This document shows positions 28,611-38,293 of a DNA stretch of 64,000 nt, one piece after another. Position numbers and translations under genes: made by a program. The stretch comes from Alkalispirochaeta sp. (lineage in GTDB: Bacteria > Spirochaetota > Spirochaetia > DSM-27196 > Alkalispirochaetaceae). A model generated the notes under the pieces. It was given only the letters and a program-made list of their open reading frames with translations, made no database searches and was not told where the DNA came from. The stretch lies in contig OZ271854.1 in assembly GCA_965601925.1 (NCBI GenBank), positions 832,001 to 896,000 of the forward strand, written 5' to 3'. Each line of letters opens with the position of its first letter. Position 1 is the first letter of the stretch.

Positions 28611-29513
28611 TTACCTCTGCGCAGTGTCGTCGCGCGGAGGACGGCCGAAATGCCGTTTGTAGTGACGATTGAGATGGCTATGGTCCGAGAAGCCGACACG
28701 CAGCGCGATCTCTCCGACGGTCAGCCGCGATCTCTGCAAGAGAACTCGTGCCTTCTCGACGCGACGGCGAATGACGTATTGGTGCGGCGATATGTTGTAG
28801 ACCTCTTTGAATCGTCGACAGAAGTAGTGCGGCGTCAGATGTACCACCGCCGCGATGTCGGAGAGCGATAAATCGTCGGCGAGACGGTCGTTGATGTACT
28901 CCACGGCTCTCTCAAGGCGACGGGCGCGATCGGTGTTCTGCACATCTCGCGCGCCCTCCCGACGCCCCGCCCCGGCGCCGTAACATCGGAGAAGATGGAT
29001 AACCAGCTGTACGGCGAGCGTCTCGACGTAGAGCCGGCCGCCGGATCGCGAATCGGCAACCTCGTCAAAGAGATCACGGCCTATACGATGGAGTCTGATG
29101 TCCGTCGCCCCGAAATCGTCCCGGAGAGCAACGTGATCGGGCGGTATCACGCCCTGATCGGCTACGTCTCGAACGTAGGAAGGATCGATGGAAATGTACA
29201 GCGCGTCCACCTCGCTCCCGTGCGCGTAGTGTATCGGCGATCCGGCGGCCGTAAAAACCACGTCGCCGGGATGAAAACGATGCGCCTCTTCTCTCCCGTC
29301 GCGCCGGTGTAGGACGGTTACCGGGTCACCGAGATGTACGCCCAGAAGATGCCGCGGCAATCTGTTGCTGTTATAGCCCGGCGATGTCTTGACGCGGGCG
29401 ATGCTTAGACCAGGCACAACATCGTCGTAGCGCGCTCCGATAGGGGTAAAAATCGACGCACGATGCGGATACTTCACGGCGCCCGATGTCGCGCCGGTCG
29501 TCCCGTGTCGCAT
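28611..29513 (-). CDS. AraC-family transcriptional regulator
   Basis: C-terminal LSLSDIA...YFCRRFK...SPHQY...GFSDHSH. Confidence 0.93.
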   Translation of the reverse strand: MRHGTTGATSGAVKYPHRASIFTPIGARYDDVVPGLSIARVKTSPGYNSNRLPRHLLGVHLGDPVTVLHRRDGREEAHRFHPGDVVFTAAGSPIHYAHGSEVDALYISIDPSYVRDVADQGVIPPDHVALRDDFGATDIRLHRIGRDLFDEVADSRSGGRLYVETLAVQLVIHLLRCYGAGAGRREGARDVQNTDRARRLERAVEYINDRLADDLSLSDIAAVVHLTPHYFCRRFKEVYNISPHQYVIRRRVEKARVLLQRSRLTVGEIALRVGFSDHSHLNRHYKRHFGRPPRDDTAQR

Positions 29514-29653
29514 AGGCTGAAAATACTCATCCCTGACCCGTTACGTCGTCACGGCGGCGAAGCGGTCGGAGCGCGCTGGGAACGCAAAACCGCGAGGTAG
29601 AGCAACCCCGATCGATGCTCCTCAGCCGGCGCGAAACGTGAGGTCGGCGGAAG

Positions 29654-31087
29654 TCAACGCCGACCGCCGGTCGAGGACGAACTTCTTCGAGTCGGTCGCG
29701 GGAGCTCCACGCCGTATTGGCCAAACAGTTTGACAATTTTGGCCTTCTTGCCCGAAAGCTGAAGTAATCCTCCGCGTTTTTGGAGGTAGACGTGCAGTTT
29801 CAGAAGGTAGCGAATCGCCGTTTGGTCGATCGTCTCCACCTCTCGCAGGTCGATGAAGATCCGCTGACTTCCCCGTTTGAGAAGGAGATTTACCATCGTC
29901 GTGACGTACTCAAGATTTCCCTCCACCAAATTCTCCCGAATCACGATGTGGCCCGGCCTGGCGGAATCCATGAGGATACAGATCGGCACGTTCTCGGCGA
30001 CCGGTTCGTCTTCCGTACTCTGCCTGCGAACCTCCCGCTCCAACATGTCGTTCGTTTGGCGCAGACGGACGACGAGACTGCGCACTATTTCCATGAACCA
30101 ATTCGGAAGTTTATAAAGATTTCTGTTGAAATCATCGACCGAGAGCTTGTACACGACACACGTCCGTTCGGCCCGCACGTTCGCTGATCGCGTACCCTCT
30201 TTGAGCAGATTTAGCTCACCGATGACGTCACCCGCCTCGGCGTGCCCCAGGAGTATCTCCTCACCGTCTACCTCTCTCGTGATCGATAATCGCCCCGTTT
30301 TGACGACGTACATGACGTTTCCGACCTCATTTTGTCGGATGAGGTACTCGTACTGCGTTACCCGCACCTGGGGAAGCTGACTCCGTGCGACGATGCGTTC
30401 TATTCCTTTGATCGATAGGATTTTGCTCCGGACGAGTTGAACGTTCCTGATTGAGAGCTCGAGGTTATACGTATTCGAATCCCCCGTAATCTGAACAAGG
30501 AAATCAAGGACCGCCTTATCTATGTCGGGCACACCGGCAAAGTCGATTACCGCCTGTGTAAAGCCGCGCGCGGCGTACGTTCTCAGTACTTTTTTTAACT
30601 CGTTGAGGTGCTTTCCGTAGAAATAGCCTTTGAGGTAGACGACGACTCGTTGTTCGGCAACTTCGTCGCGCAGCCCGAACTCATTGATCGTCTCCCCCGA
30701 CGATTCGTGCCCCGCCACGGCCGCCGCATTGCGATACTCGCCGATCAAATTGGTCGTTCGCCGAACTCGGTCCGCGATGACTCGTGCGATATTGACAGCC
30801 CAGTCGTTAATTCCGAACGGATCGGATTTCAGGACCTCGCTCGAGACCAAACTGGCACTGACGTCTTCCCGTGCGACCACGGTGGCGGAACGCGGCAGCC
30901 CCGAGATAAACGACATCTCACCGACAAAACTTCCCTCACCCAAAACGGCAATGGGAATGACTCCGTTGTCGGAGATCTTCGAGACCTGGACCGTTCCCGA
31001 TCGGACGATATACAGATCTCGCGTCGTATCACCCTCTTTGAAGAGAACATCGTTCGCTTCGAATCGTACAAGTTGTGTCTTGGACAT
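29654..31087 (-). CDS. tandem cNMP-binding + STAS protein (cNMP-STAS-cNMP-STAS)
   Basis: Two cNMP cassettes (GEMSF...PRSAT; GELNL...TRSAN), each followed by a STAS-like segment (VIDF.GV.DID; FIDL.EV.TID); no HTH. Confidence 0.82.
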   Translation of the reverse strand: MSKTQLVRFEANDVLFKEGDTTRDLYIVRSGTVQVSKISDNGVIPIAVLGEGSFVGEMSFISGLPRSATVVAREDVSASLVSSEVLKSDPFGINDWAVNIARVIADRVRRTTNLIGEYRNAAAVAGHESSGETINEFGLRDEVAEQRVVVYLKGYFYGKHLNELKKVLRTYAARGFTQAVIDFAGVPDIDKAVLDFLVQITGDSNTYNLELSIRNVQLVRSKILSIKGIERIVARSQLPQVRVTQYEYLIRQNEVGNVMYVVKTGRLSITREVDGEEILLGHAEAGDVIGELNLLKEGTRSANVRAERTCVVYKLSVDDFNRNLYKLPNWFMEIVRSLVVRLRQTNDMLEREVRRQSTEDEPVAENVPICILMDSARPGHIVIRENLVEGNLEYVTTMVNLLLKRGSQRIFIDLREVETIDQTAIRYLLKLHVYLQKRGGLLQLSGKKAKIVKLFGQYGVELPRPTRRSSSSTGGRR

Positions 31088-31246
31088 CTCTCAAATCTCC
31101 GCAGACCATGGATAATAGCACGGCGGTCACGCCGATACCACGAACGCGACGATCGCGGTGGTGGACCGCCGGACCGCGACGGTGCGCACGTACGGATAGT
31201 GTGGTTCGATGACACGTATGCCGGGCGTGCGCCGCCGGGGACCAAT

Positions 31247-31276
31247 AAAAAAGGCCCGCCCCGTTGGGGGCGGACC
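31247..31276 (-). terminator. Rho-independent terminator after the sulfurtransferase
   Basis: Minus strand GGTCCGCCCC-CAAC-GGGGCGGGCC-TTTTTT. Confidence 0.85.
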
Positions 31277-31307
31277 CGATACCGCGAATCCGTTGGTGTG
31301 GTGCGGT

Positions 31308-32318
31308 TTAGTTACCGGCGAGGCGCATCTCAACGTCGGCGGGCATGCCCGTTTCCAGGGCGAGCTGCTCGTTGTGCGACCACTCGATCCAGGAGCCGTC
31401 GTAGTTCCGTACGTCCTCGAAACCGAGCAGGCTCGCAAGGACGAAGGTCGTGTGAGCGGAACGTACGCCGCTCTGGCAATAGGCGATAATCGTCTTGTCG
31501 GGGGTCACACCGATCTCGGCAAACTGAGCGCGAAGCGTCTCTACGTCGAGGAAGGTCGTGTTCTCGCCGAGGCTCGCCTTGTACTCGAGCCATACCGAAC
31601 CGGGAATGCGTCCGGCACGAACGGCGCCGTTCTTCATATCTTCTCCGGTAAACTCGCCGATGGAACGGGTGTCGAGAATAACGACGTTGGGGTCGTTCTG
31701 GGCGGCGATAACGTCGGCAACCGTCGCGACGCGTTGCACGTTCTCTTCGTTGATGAAGCGAAAATCGGTCGCCTCGACTACCGCGGAGGAAGCGCCCGTG
31801 GCGACCTCATAACCGGCGGCCTCCCACGCGTTGATACCGCCGTCGATCAACTTCACGTTGCGGAAGCCCTGCATGTCGAGCTGCCACCAGAAACGCGCCG
31901 CGTCGTAATCACCCTTGGCGTCGTAAGCCAGGATCATCGTTTCGTCGGTTACGCCCATCTGTCCGAGAAGCGCTTCGAGACCGGCGCGGTCGGTGCGCAT
32001 ACCGCCGAAGCCGTATACGGAAGAGTCGGCGCTGTAGTCGCCGCGGAAGATGTTCTGCGAACCCGGGATGTGGCCCAACGCGAAGTCGGCGGCCTTGCGA
32101 ATGTCGACGACGACGACGTCGTCGAGCGTACCGATCAGGTTACGGGCCGTGGCGACGGTGATGATGTGGCTCGACTCAACGTAGGTGTCGATCTTGAGCT
32201 CCGCAGCGTCGAGGTCTTCCACGGCAACGGTGATCTCTTCGCTACCGAAGGCGGTGAAAATGAGTGCCGCGGCGAGGGCGACAACCAGAACGGAAAGGGC
32301 GATAACTGCCTTTTTCAT
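31308..32318 (-). CDS. exported tandem-domain rhodanese / sulfurtransferase
   Basis: GHIPGS, AARFWW, LIDGG..AW, GRIPGS, active-site YCQSGVRS, YDGSWIEW; signal FTA-FGSEE. Confidence 0.93.
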   Translation of the reverse strand: MKKAVIALSVLVVALAAALIFTAFGSEEITVAVEDLDAAELKIDTYVESSHIITVATARNLIGTLDDVVVVDIRKAADFALGHIPGSQNIFRGDYSADSSVYGFGGMRTDRAGLEALLGQMGVTDETMILAYDAKGDYDAARFWWQLDMQGFRNVKLIDGGINAWEAAGYEVATGASSAVVEATDFRFINEENVQRVATVADVIAAQNDPNVVILDTRSIGEFTGEDMKNGAVRAGRIPGSVWLEYKASLGENTTFLDVETLRAQFAEIGVTPDKTIIAYCQSGVRSAHTTFVLASLLGFEDVRNYDGSWIEWSHNEQLALETGMPADVEMRLAGN

Positions 32319-32402
32319 GACAATCCTCCATGGATGTGATGTGCGTCGTCCGGAGGCTCGCCGACACGGGCGAGCCTGACCGGTACGATAAGTGGTGCGA
32401 TT

Positions 32403-34988
32403 TCAGCTCGCGGCAACGCCGCGCGATCGGCGAGCATACGCTCGTCGATGTTGTTTACCTGCATTTTCCAGCGCCTTTTTGGCCTTGTAGCGGTTGGCCC
32501 ACGCCTTGAGCGGTCCGCCGCCGACGCCGATGAACTCGGTCTCCTTCGTCTTGGTCGGGTCGAAGACGAGGTCGAGGATGTGAGCCGCCTCTTTGCCGCC
32601 TTTAACCATCGACTCGCGACACGCCGCGCAGTAGGTCACCATATGGTCGCTCTCGACCTCCGAGGTCCTGCGACTCATGACGCGCAACGCAAGCTCGGGG
32701 TTGGCCGGAACGACCATACCGCCGAATCCACAGCACCGCGCCGTCTCTCGAGTGTGCGGCGGCTCCTCGGTCTCGTATCCCAGCTCGTTCATGATCCAAC
32801 GGATACCGTCGTGGATACCCGAACGATCACGAGTCGAGCAGCTGTCGTGGATCGCGAAGGTAAGGTCGCTCCCCTTACCCCGTTGCGCCGCGCCCTCGGG
32901 CAGGCCGATCTCCGGCATGATCTCCCACAATGAACGTACGCGCTGGTTGGGGCTGTAGGCGCTCATGTTGAGGAAGCAGCTCTGACAGGCAACGATGATC
33001 TCCTCGGCGCCGAGCTTATCGATCTCCGCCTGCAGCTGCCCGTACCGTTGCTTGAACTGGTCCGCCTGGCCGAGTGCCTTGGTGGGCTTACCGCAGCACT
33101 TGAGGATCGCACCGGTATTACCCAGACGCTCCTGCAAGTGGGTGAAAATCTTACCGACCGCCTCCGGGTTGTGGCTCGGGAGCGAACACCCGGGGATGAA
33201 CACGCGTTTGGTGGTACCTTCGGGCGCCGCAACGGTCGTGTTGAACGTCTTGGAGAAGCCGAGCTTCTGGTGCATGTATATGACGTTGTGGCCCTTCATC
33301 GGGCTCTTGCCGTTGTTGGCCGACACCATCTCCTGACGCATACCGCCGAAGACTCCCTGCATATCGAACTCTTTGGGACAGACGATGGTGCACTGCTTAC
33401 ACATGTTGCAGCTGTACGGGATGATCGGGGCGACCTCGGGCGACTCGAGCATCTCACGAAAGAGCTGCTTGGGGCACTCGGAGAAGTCGGAGAGCATCTC
33501 GCACTCTTTGACGCACTTCAGACACTCGCACTTGAGACATCCGCCCGCCTCGTCCCGCGCCTGCTCTTCGGTGATACCGAAATCGTACTCGCCGAAGTCG
33601 CCGACGCGCTCCGCCGCGGGGCGCTTTTCCGAAACGACCCTGTCGCGTCGCACTGCGTCGTCGGGGATCTCCGTCTCGAGCTTGCTCTCGTAGGCGCGCT
33701 CCAGCTCTCTGTCGGCCGCAATATCCAGCCCATCGAAGAAGCGCACCAAGGTGGTAGCCGCTTTGCGCCCCTCCGCCATCGCCTCGACCGCAATGACCGA
33801 CTGGCCCGAGGCGTCTCCGGCGACCACGACGTTGGGAATCGAGGTCTGAAGCGTCGTCTCGTCGACGACGAATCGGCCGCCGCGCGTCGTCTCAAGGGTC
33901 GACGCGAAACTTCCGTCGGTGGCTTGCCCGACGGCAAAAATCACGCTCTCGACGTCCAGGGAGATCACGTCGTTCTCATCGTACTGAGGATCGAATCGTC
34001 CTTCATCGTTAAACACTGCGGTACAACGTTTGAGCTCGATCGCCTCGACACGATCGGATCCGGCGACGCGAACCGTGCCGCGGCCGTAGTGAATCTGCAC
34101 GCCCTCTTCCAACGCCTCTTCGATCTCCCAATTGTGGGCGGGAGACTCATCGATGTCACCTTCGAGCATGATCAGGTGCACATCTTCGATACCGATGCGA
34201 CGGGCGCTTCGTACGACGTCGACGGCTACATTACCGCCGCCGATTACCGCTATGCGCGATCCGAGTCCCTCGAACGCGCCGTTCAAGCTGACATCGCGGA
34301 GAAAATCGACGGCGTTAAATACACCGGTCAGTTCGTGGCCCGGCACGGGAATCACCACGCCGCGGTGTGCGCCGACGGCGATCACGACACCGTCGTACTC
34401 TTTTTCGATCTCGTCGAAAGAGATGTCGTTTCCGATATCGACGCCGAGGCGAAACTCGACGCCCATCATCTTGAGAATCTCGTACTCTGCGGTGATCACG
34501 TTGCGCGGCAACCGATAGGCGGGGATTCCGACGTGCAGCATACCGCCGACTACCGGCAGACGGTCGAACACCGTGACGCGGAAGCCCTCTTTGGCGAGGT
34601 CGAACGCCGCCTGGGCACCGGCAGGTCCGGCGCCGATCACCGCGACTCGCTCATCACGGGCCGAAGCGGTCGTCGTATCCCACAAATCGGGATTGTCGTA
34701 ATTGTCGGCGACGAACCGCTTGAGCGCCGCGATGGACATGGCGCTTCCCAACTCGTTGCGCTTGCAGGAGCCTTCGCAGGGGTGGGCGCATACACGGCCG
34801 AGCGTTGCGGGGAGAAAAAGCTGTTCGCGGATCAACTCGATCGCCTCGACGAACTTGCCTTCGGCGATGAGATTAACATACCCCTTGATGTCGGTATGCA
34901 TCGGACAGGCGGCCTGACAGTACGGCGCCTCTTCTCCGAGACAGTTGTCGACGATGTCTTGCATTTTTGTGACCAAAGTGGTGTTCAT
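32403..34988 (-). CDS. GltD-like FAD/NAD(P) oxidoreductase fused to 4Fe-4S and two CCG domains
   Basis: C.....PYCQAACP and VCAHPCEGSC; GAGPAG; GGGNVA; CLKCECLKCVKEC; CNMCKQCTIVCP; PGCS..CCG..CQSC; HDSC..CCGFGG..YCAAC. Confidence 0.92.
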   Translation of the reverse strand: MNTTLVTKMQDIVDNCLGEEAPYCQAACPMHTDIKGYVNLIAEGKFVEAIELIREQLFLPATLGRVCAHPCEGSCKRNELGSAMSIAALKRFVADNYDNPDLWDTTTASARDERVAVIGAGPAGAQAAFDLAKEGFRVTVFDRLPVVGGMLHVGIPAYRLPRNVITAEYEILKMMGVEFRLGVDIGNDISFDEIEKEYDGVVIAVGAHRGVVIPVPGHELTGVFNAVDFLRDVSLNGAFEGLGSRIAVIGGGNVAVDVVRSARRIGIEDVHLIMLEGDIDESPAHNWEIEEALEEGVQIHYGRGTVRVAGSDRVEAIELKRCTAVFNDEGRFDPQYDENDVISLDVESVIFAVGQATDGSFASTLETTRGGRFVVDETTLQTSIPNVVVAGDASGQSVIAVEAMAEGRKAATTLVRFFDGLDIAADRELERAYESKLETEIPDDAVRRDRVVSEKRPAAERVGDFGEYDFGITEEQARDEAGGCLKCECLKCVKECEMLSDFSECPKQLFREMLESPEVAPIIPYSCNMCKQCTIVCPKEFDMQGVFGGMRQEMVSANNGKSPMKGHNVIYMHQKLGFSKTFNTTVAAPEGTTKRVFIPGCSLPSHNPEAVGKIFTHLQERLGNTGAILKCCGKPTKALGQADQFKQRYGQLQAEIDKLGAEEIIVACQSCFLNMSAYSPNQRVRSLWEIMPEIGLPEGAAQRGKGSDLTFAIHDSCSTRDRSGIHDGIRWIMNELGYETEEPPHTRETARCCGFGGMVVPANPELALRVMSRRTSEVESDHMVTYCAACRESMVKGGKEAAHILDLVFDPTKTKETEFIGVGGGPLKAWANRYKAKKALENAGKQHRRAYARRSRGVAAS

Positions 34989-35037
34989 GGTACTGACCTC
35001 TCAATATCGTGAAGGCGATTTTTTTGTATAATTTATT

Positions 35038-35089
35038 GTTGGGTTATCGTGACTACATTCACGATAACCCAACGTTATCTATGTGTCAA
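35038..35089 (-). promoter_or_regulatory. sigma70 promoter overlapped by a perfect 15-6-15 inverted repeat (operator)
   Basis: TTGACA (35089-35084)-17-TATCGT (35066-35061); GTTGGGTTATCGTGA-CTACAT-TCACGATAACCCAAC at 35038-35073. Confidence 0.75.
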
Positions 35090-35227
35090 TAAATTATCGA
35101 TAAAACTTTATTCCGTCGTTATTGAGATATGATTTATTGAAATTTTTTTGCCCTTGTGAAAAATATTACTACTTGTAATGCGCCGTTCACGCGTTGCACG
35201 GGGCGCCGAAGGCCGCCTGGAATGTAA

Positions 35228-36073
35228 TTACGCGACGCCTGTCATGAGACGTCGGCGATAATAACGTGCGAGGGTTCGGTCAAGGACGAGAAATAGTATC
35301 AGAGGTACCAGAACAAAAACAACGGTCAATACCGAGCCGAGCGTACGATCCCCGGATGAAAGAAATGGAAAGAGATAGCCGGTATAGGATCGTACCGCGC
35401 CGCCGCCGATAAGAAAGACTAAAAAATAATCGGAGAACGCAACCAGGAACACAACGGATCCACCGGCGAGTATCGCCGGACCCAAGAGGGGGAGGTACAC
35501 CGTCAGTAGTCGTCTGAGCGGCGTAGCTCCCAAATTGGCGGCGCACACGTCGTAGTTCGGATCGATCTGTTGAAAGCCCGCAATGAGCGATCGCAGCATG
35601 TACGGATATGACGCGGCCGTAAGCACCAAGACGACCCCGATCATGCCGTTGGCGACGCCCAGACGTATGAAGATGAAGTGGATCCCCATACCGTAGGTTA
35701 TCGCCGGGACGAGTACCGGTGAGAGAAAGAGCGTCTCAACGAACAGCCGTCCCCGAAACTCGTATCTGGCCAGCACGTTGGCCGGAAGCACGCATACTAC
35801 AAACGACAGCACAACGGTGAGTATCGAATACGCCGTTGAGGAGAGGAGGGACTCTATGATTCCCTCGCGGTTATCCACGAGAAATCGAACGCCCCGGGCG
35901 CTGAAGGCGGTCGGCAATATGTCGGGATAGACCCACCGTGCCGCAGCGGCGTAGAGAGCCAGCACGAGAAGCGGCACGACGAAAAAGACGACCATAAGAG
36001 CGAATAGAACGCCCCATCGCATCCCTCCTTTTTCATAAGGTTCGGCTGCGCGTCGGGTATCCTTCATCCTCAC
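35228..36073 (-). CDS. ABC transporter permease (YnjC C-half-like)
   Basis: W.YPDILP; EAA-like CAANLGA; FLIGGG; about 6 TM. Confidence 0.88.
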   Translation of the reverse strand: MRMKDTRRAAEPYEKGGMRWGVLFALMVVFFVVPLLVLALYAAAARWVYPDILPTAFSARGVRFLVDNREGIIESLLSSTAYSILTVVLSFVVCVLPANVLARYEFRGRLFVETLFLSPVLVPAITYGMGIHFIFIRLGVANGMIGVVLVLTAASYPYMLRSLIAGFQQIDPNYDVCAANLGATPLRRLLTVYLPLLGPAILAGGSVVFLVAFSDYFLVFLIGGGAVRSYTGYLFPFLSSGDRTLGSVLTVVFVLVPLILFLVLDRTLARYYRRRLMTGVA

Positions 36074-36987
36074 AACGGACGCTCCCAGGCGGAAAACCGT
36101 CGGGCCAGACGCGAGTACAGTAACACGAAGACCACGGCGGTCGCCGCCAGAAGCGTAAGGGCCGCCATCGCAATCGGTCGGTCGGTAAGTTGACCCTGAA
36201 AGTACAGCGAATAGACGGTCATCGGTATCATCTGCGGATTACTCGCCCCCAAGAGCCAGGGGATATCGAATCCACCCAAGGCGAATAGAAAAAGAATGAT
36301 AAACGTCTGATTCAGAATCGGCAGAATGAGAGGCAACACAACGCTGAAGAACACTCTGACCGGTCCCGCACCCAGCATGCGCGCCGTCGTCACCATCCGC
36401 TCCGGGATACGTTGCAGAACACCGAGGGTCAACAACATGACGAACGGAAACTCTTTGTAGATGTAGGCGAGAATCATTCCGATACCGTTGCGGGAAAACA
36501 GCAGGGGCGGGAAGCCGGGCTCGCCCACATCGATGTTGAGAGCGTGGAATACCGATGCAATGACGCCGCTCTGAGACCAAAACAACACGGTCAGAAAGGC
36601 CACGACGATGTGGGGAAGTATGATCGGCAACCGATACACCGACGCGGCGGCGGAAAACCAGCGCGGCCCTCTCCACAACAGATACGCAGCCACGGCGCCG
36701 AACACGACCGAAATCACCGCCGACACGCCGGATACAAACAGACTATGCAGGAGCGACGCGAGAAACTCAGGGCGCGTCAAGAGCTCCCGGTAGGCGTAGA
36801 GCACCCCCATATCGCCCCTCCGTAACGCAAAGAGCGACGGTCCCGCAAGCGAAAAGGATTGAAGCAGTCCATGGACGAGCCCCAACCCCACCGTCAGTGC
36901 AAAGAAGACCAACAGCGGTGCGAGTTTGAGGGCGACGCGCCGCCGCTCTCGCCGGTCGCCCGATACGGCGCGTCGTTGAATCGTCAC
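36070..36987 (-). CDS. ABC transporter permease (YnjC N-half-like)
   Basis: LPHIVVA; YKEFPF; TARMLGA; about 6 TM. Confidence 0.88.
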   Translation of the reverse strand: MTIQRRAVSGDRRERRRVALKLAPLLVFFALTVGLGLVHGLLQSFSLAGPSLFALRRGDMGVLYAYRELLTRPEFLASLLHSLFVSGVSAVISVVFGAVAAYLLWRGPRWFSAAASVYRLPIILPHIVVAFLTVLFWSQSGVIASVFHALNIDVGEPGFPPLLFSRNGIGMILAYIYKEFPFVMLLTLGVLQRIPERMVTTARMLGAGPVRVFFSVVLPLILPILNQTFIILFLFALGGFDIPWLLGASNPQMIPMTVYSLYFQGQLTDRPIAMAALTLLAATAVVFVLLYSRLARRFSAWERPL

Positions 36988-36999
36988 GGGTTGGTGTGC

Positions 37000-38262
37000 T
37001 CAGCGAAGACGAACGTATTCGTCCCAGCCGGTTTCCAACGCCTCCCAATACTCGGAGGGAATTTCAGGCACGCCGTAGCGGTCGAAATCCTCCAGCGCGA
37101 CGGTCGCTTCGCCGAGATCGAGCGCTTCGAAGCGCGTCCGATACTCTTCGGGAACTCGATCCAGGGCGAGAACGGTGAAGTCGCCCCAATTCTCCAACGT
37201 GTTTTTGGAGTATTGCGCCTCGGGTGAGAGGAGAAAGTCGGCCAGCACGAGCGCGGCGGGGGTGTTGGGCGCGTTGAACGGAATCGCTACGAAATGGGTG
37301 TTGAAGAGCGACCCGTCGGTCATAATGACCGAACGCACCGAGTCGGGATACCGTCCGTTGGCGATGCGCGTCGCCGCATTGGTCTGGGTGAACGACATGG
37401 TGAAGTCCACCTCGCCACGCTCGAAGAGCGTATCGAGGGCTGCCAAATCGCGCGGATAGCTCTCACCACCTTGCCAGAGATAGGGTTCAATTTCGTTCAG
37501 AAAGTCCCACAAACGCGGCGCTTGGGCCGCGAACAGCTCCTCGTCGAAGCCGTCGAGATACTGCTCGTGTCCACCGGTAAGCGCATAAAATGCCTGGCGA
37601 ATAAAGGCCGACCCGGTGAAATCCGGCGGTTGCGGATAGGTGAACCGTCCGGGATTCTCGCGCACCCAGCGGGACAAGGCGGCAAAATCGGTCGGGGGAT
37701 CGGGCACACGCGCGATATCCACATCGAAGTTGAATTGCGCTTTGCCCCATGGCGCCTCGTATCCGTCTACCGGAAAACCGGCGTCGGTTGCGGCGGTAGC
37801 GGGGTCCACGTAGCGGGCGAAGTTGGGCAGCATGTGCGTAAAGGGGCCGTAGAGAAGATCGGCGTCGCGCGCGTTCCGGAAGTTCTCTCCGTTTATCCAT
37901 ACAAGATCGATCGTACCGGTGTCTTGACCGGCCTGCATCTCGGTAAACAGCCGGTTCACGAAGACCGCCGCATCCATCGGCACGCGCTCGACGTCGATAT
38001 CGTACAGCTCCTCCATACGGTCGGAGACGAAGCCGTCGATCCACGCGTTGATCGTGTCCGATCCGCCCCACATGTAAAATCCGACTTCACTTCCGCGAGC
38101 ACGTTCGACGATCTCCTCGAAACTGAGCTCGCCGAGATCCTCGCGCGGCTCCTCGGCGCGACCGCCGGCCGACACAAGCGCAAGAGAACCGCACAACGCC
38201 ATCACGCCGAAAAGGGCCGCCTTAGACCCAAGGGGGAGTCGCCTCCCCGTTCGTGCGCTCAT
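37000..38262 (-). CDS. ynjB: ABC substrate-binding protein, YnjB-like
   Basis: FYMWGGS, IDLVWINGENF, EAPWGKAQF, YPQPPDFTG, NTHFVAIPFNA, FLLSPEAQ; ATG 38262 with GGAGG RBS. Confidence 0.9.
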   Translation of the reverse strand: MSARTGRRLPLGSKAALFGVMALCGSLALVSAGGRAEEPREDLGELSFEEIVERARGSEVGFYMWGGSDTINAWIDGFVSDRMEELYDIDVERVPMDAAVFVNRLFTEMQAGQDTGTIDLVWINGENFRNARDADLLYGPFTHMLPNFARYVDPATAATDAGFPVDGYEAPWGKAQFNFDVDIARVPDPPTDFAALSRWVRENPGRFTYPQPPDFTGSAFIRQAFYALTGGHEQYLDGFDEELFAAQAPRLWDFLNEIEPYLWQGGESYPRDLAALDTLFERGEVDFTMSFTQTNAATRIANGRYPDSVRSVIMTDGSLFNTHFVAIPFNAPNTPAALVLADFLLSPEAQYSKNTLENWGDFTVLALDRVPEEYRTRFEALDLGEATVALEDFDRYGVPEIPSEYWEALETGWDEYVRLR

Positions 38263-38293
38263 AAGACCTCCTTGCCGTGGGCGCTTGCGCCCG

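Noticed and set aside
33048..35012. 654-aa + strand ORF, and similar long ORFs at 23030..24550, 31209..32339, 48604..49869, 58615..59700 and 61675..62796
   Set aside because: Antisense shadows of well-supported genes in GC-rich DNA; no motifs or RBS.
35154..35171. Rex operator (TTGTGAA-AAAT-ATTACTA)
   Set aside because: The right half matches TTCACAA at only 4 of 7 positions in AT-rich sequence.
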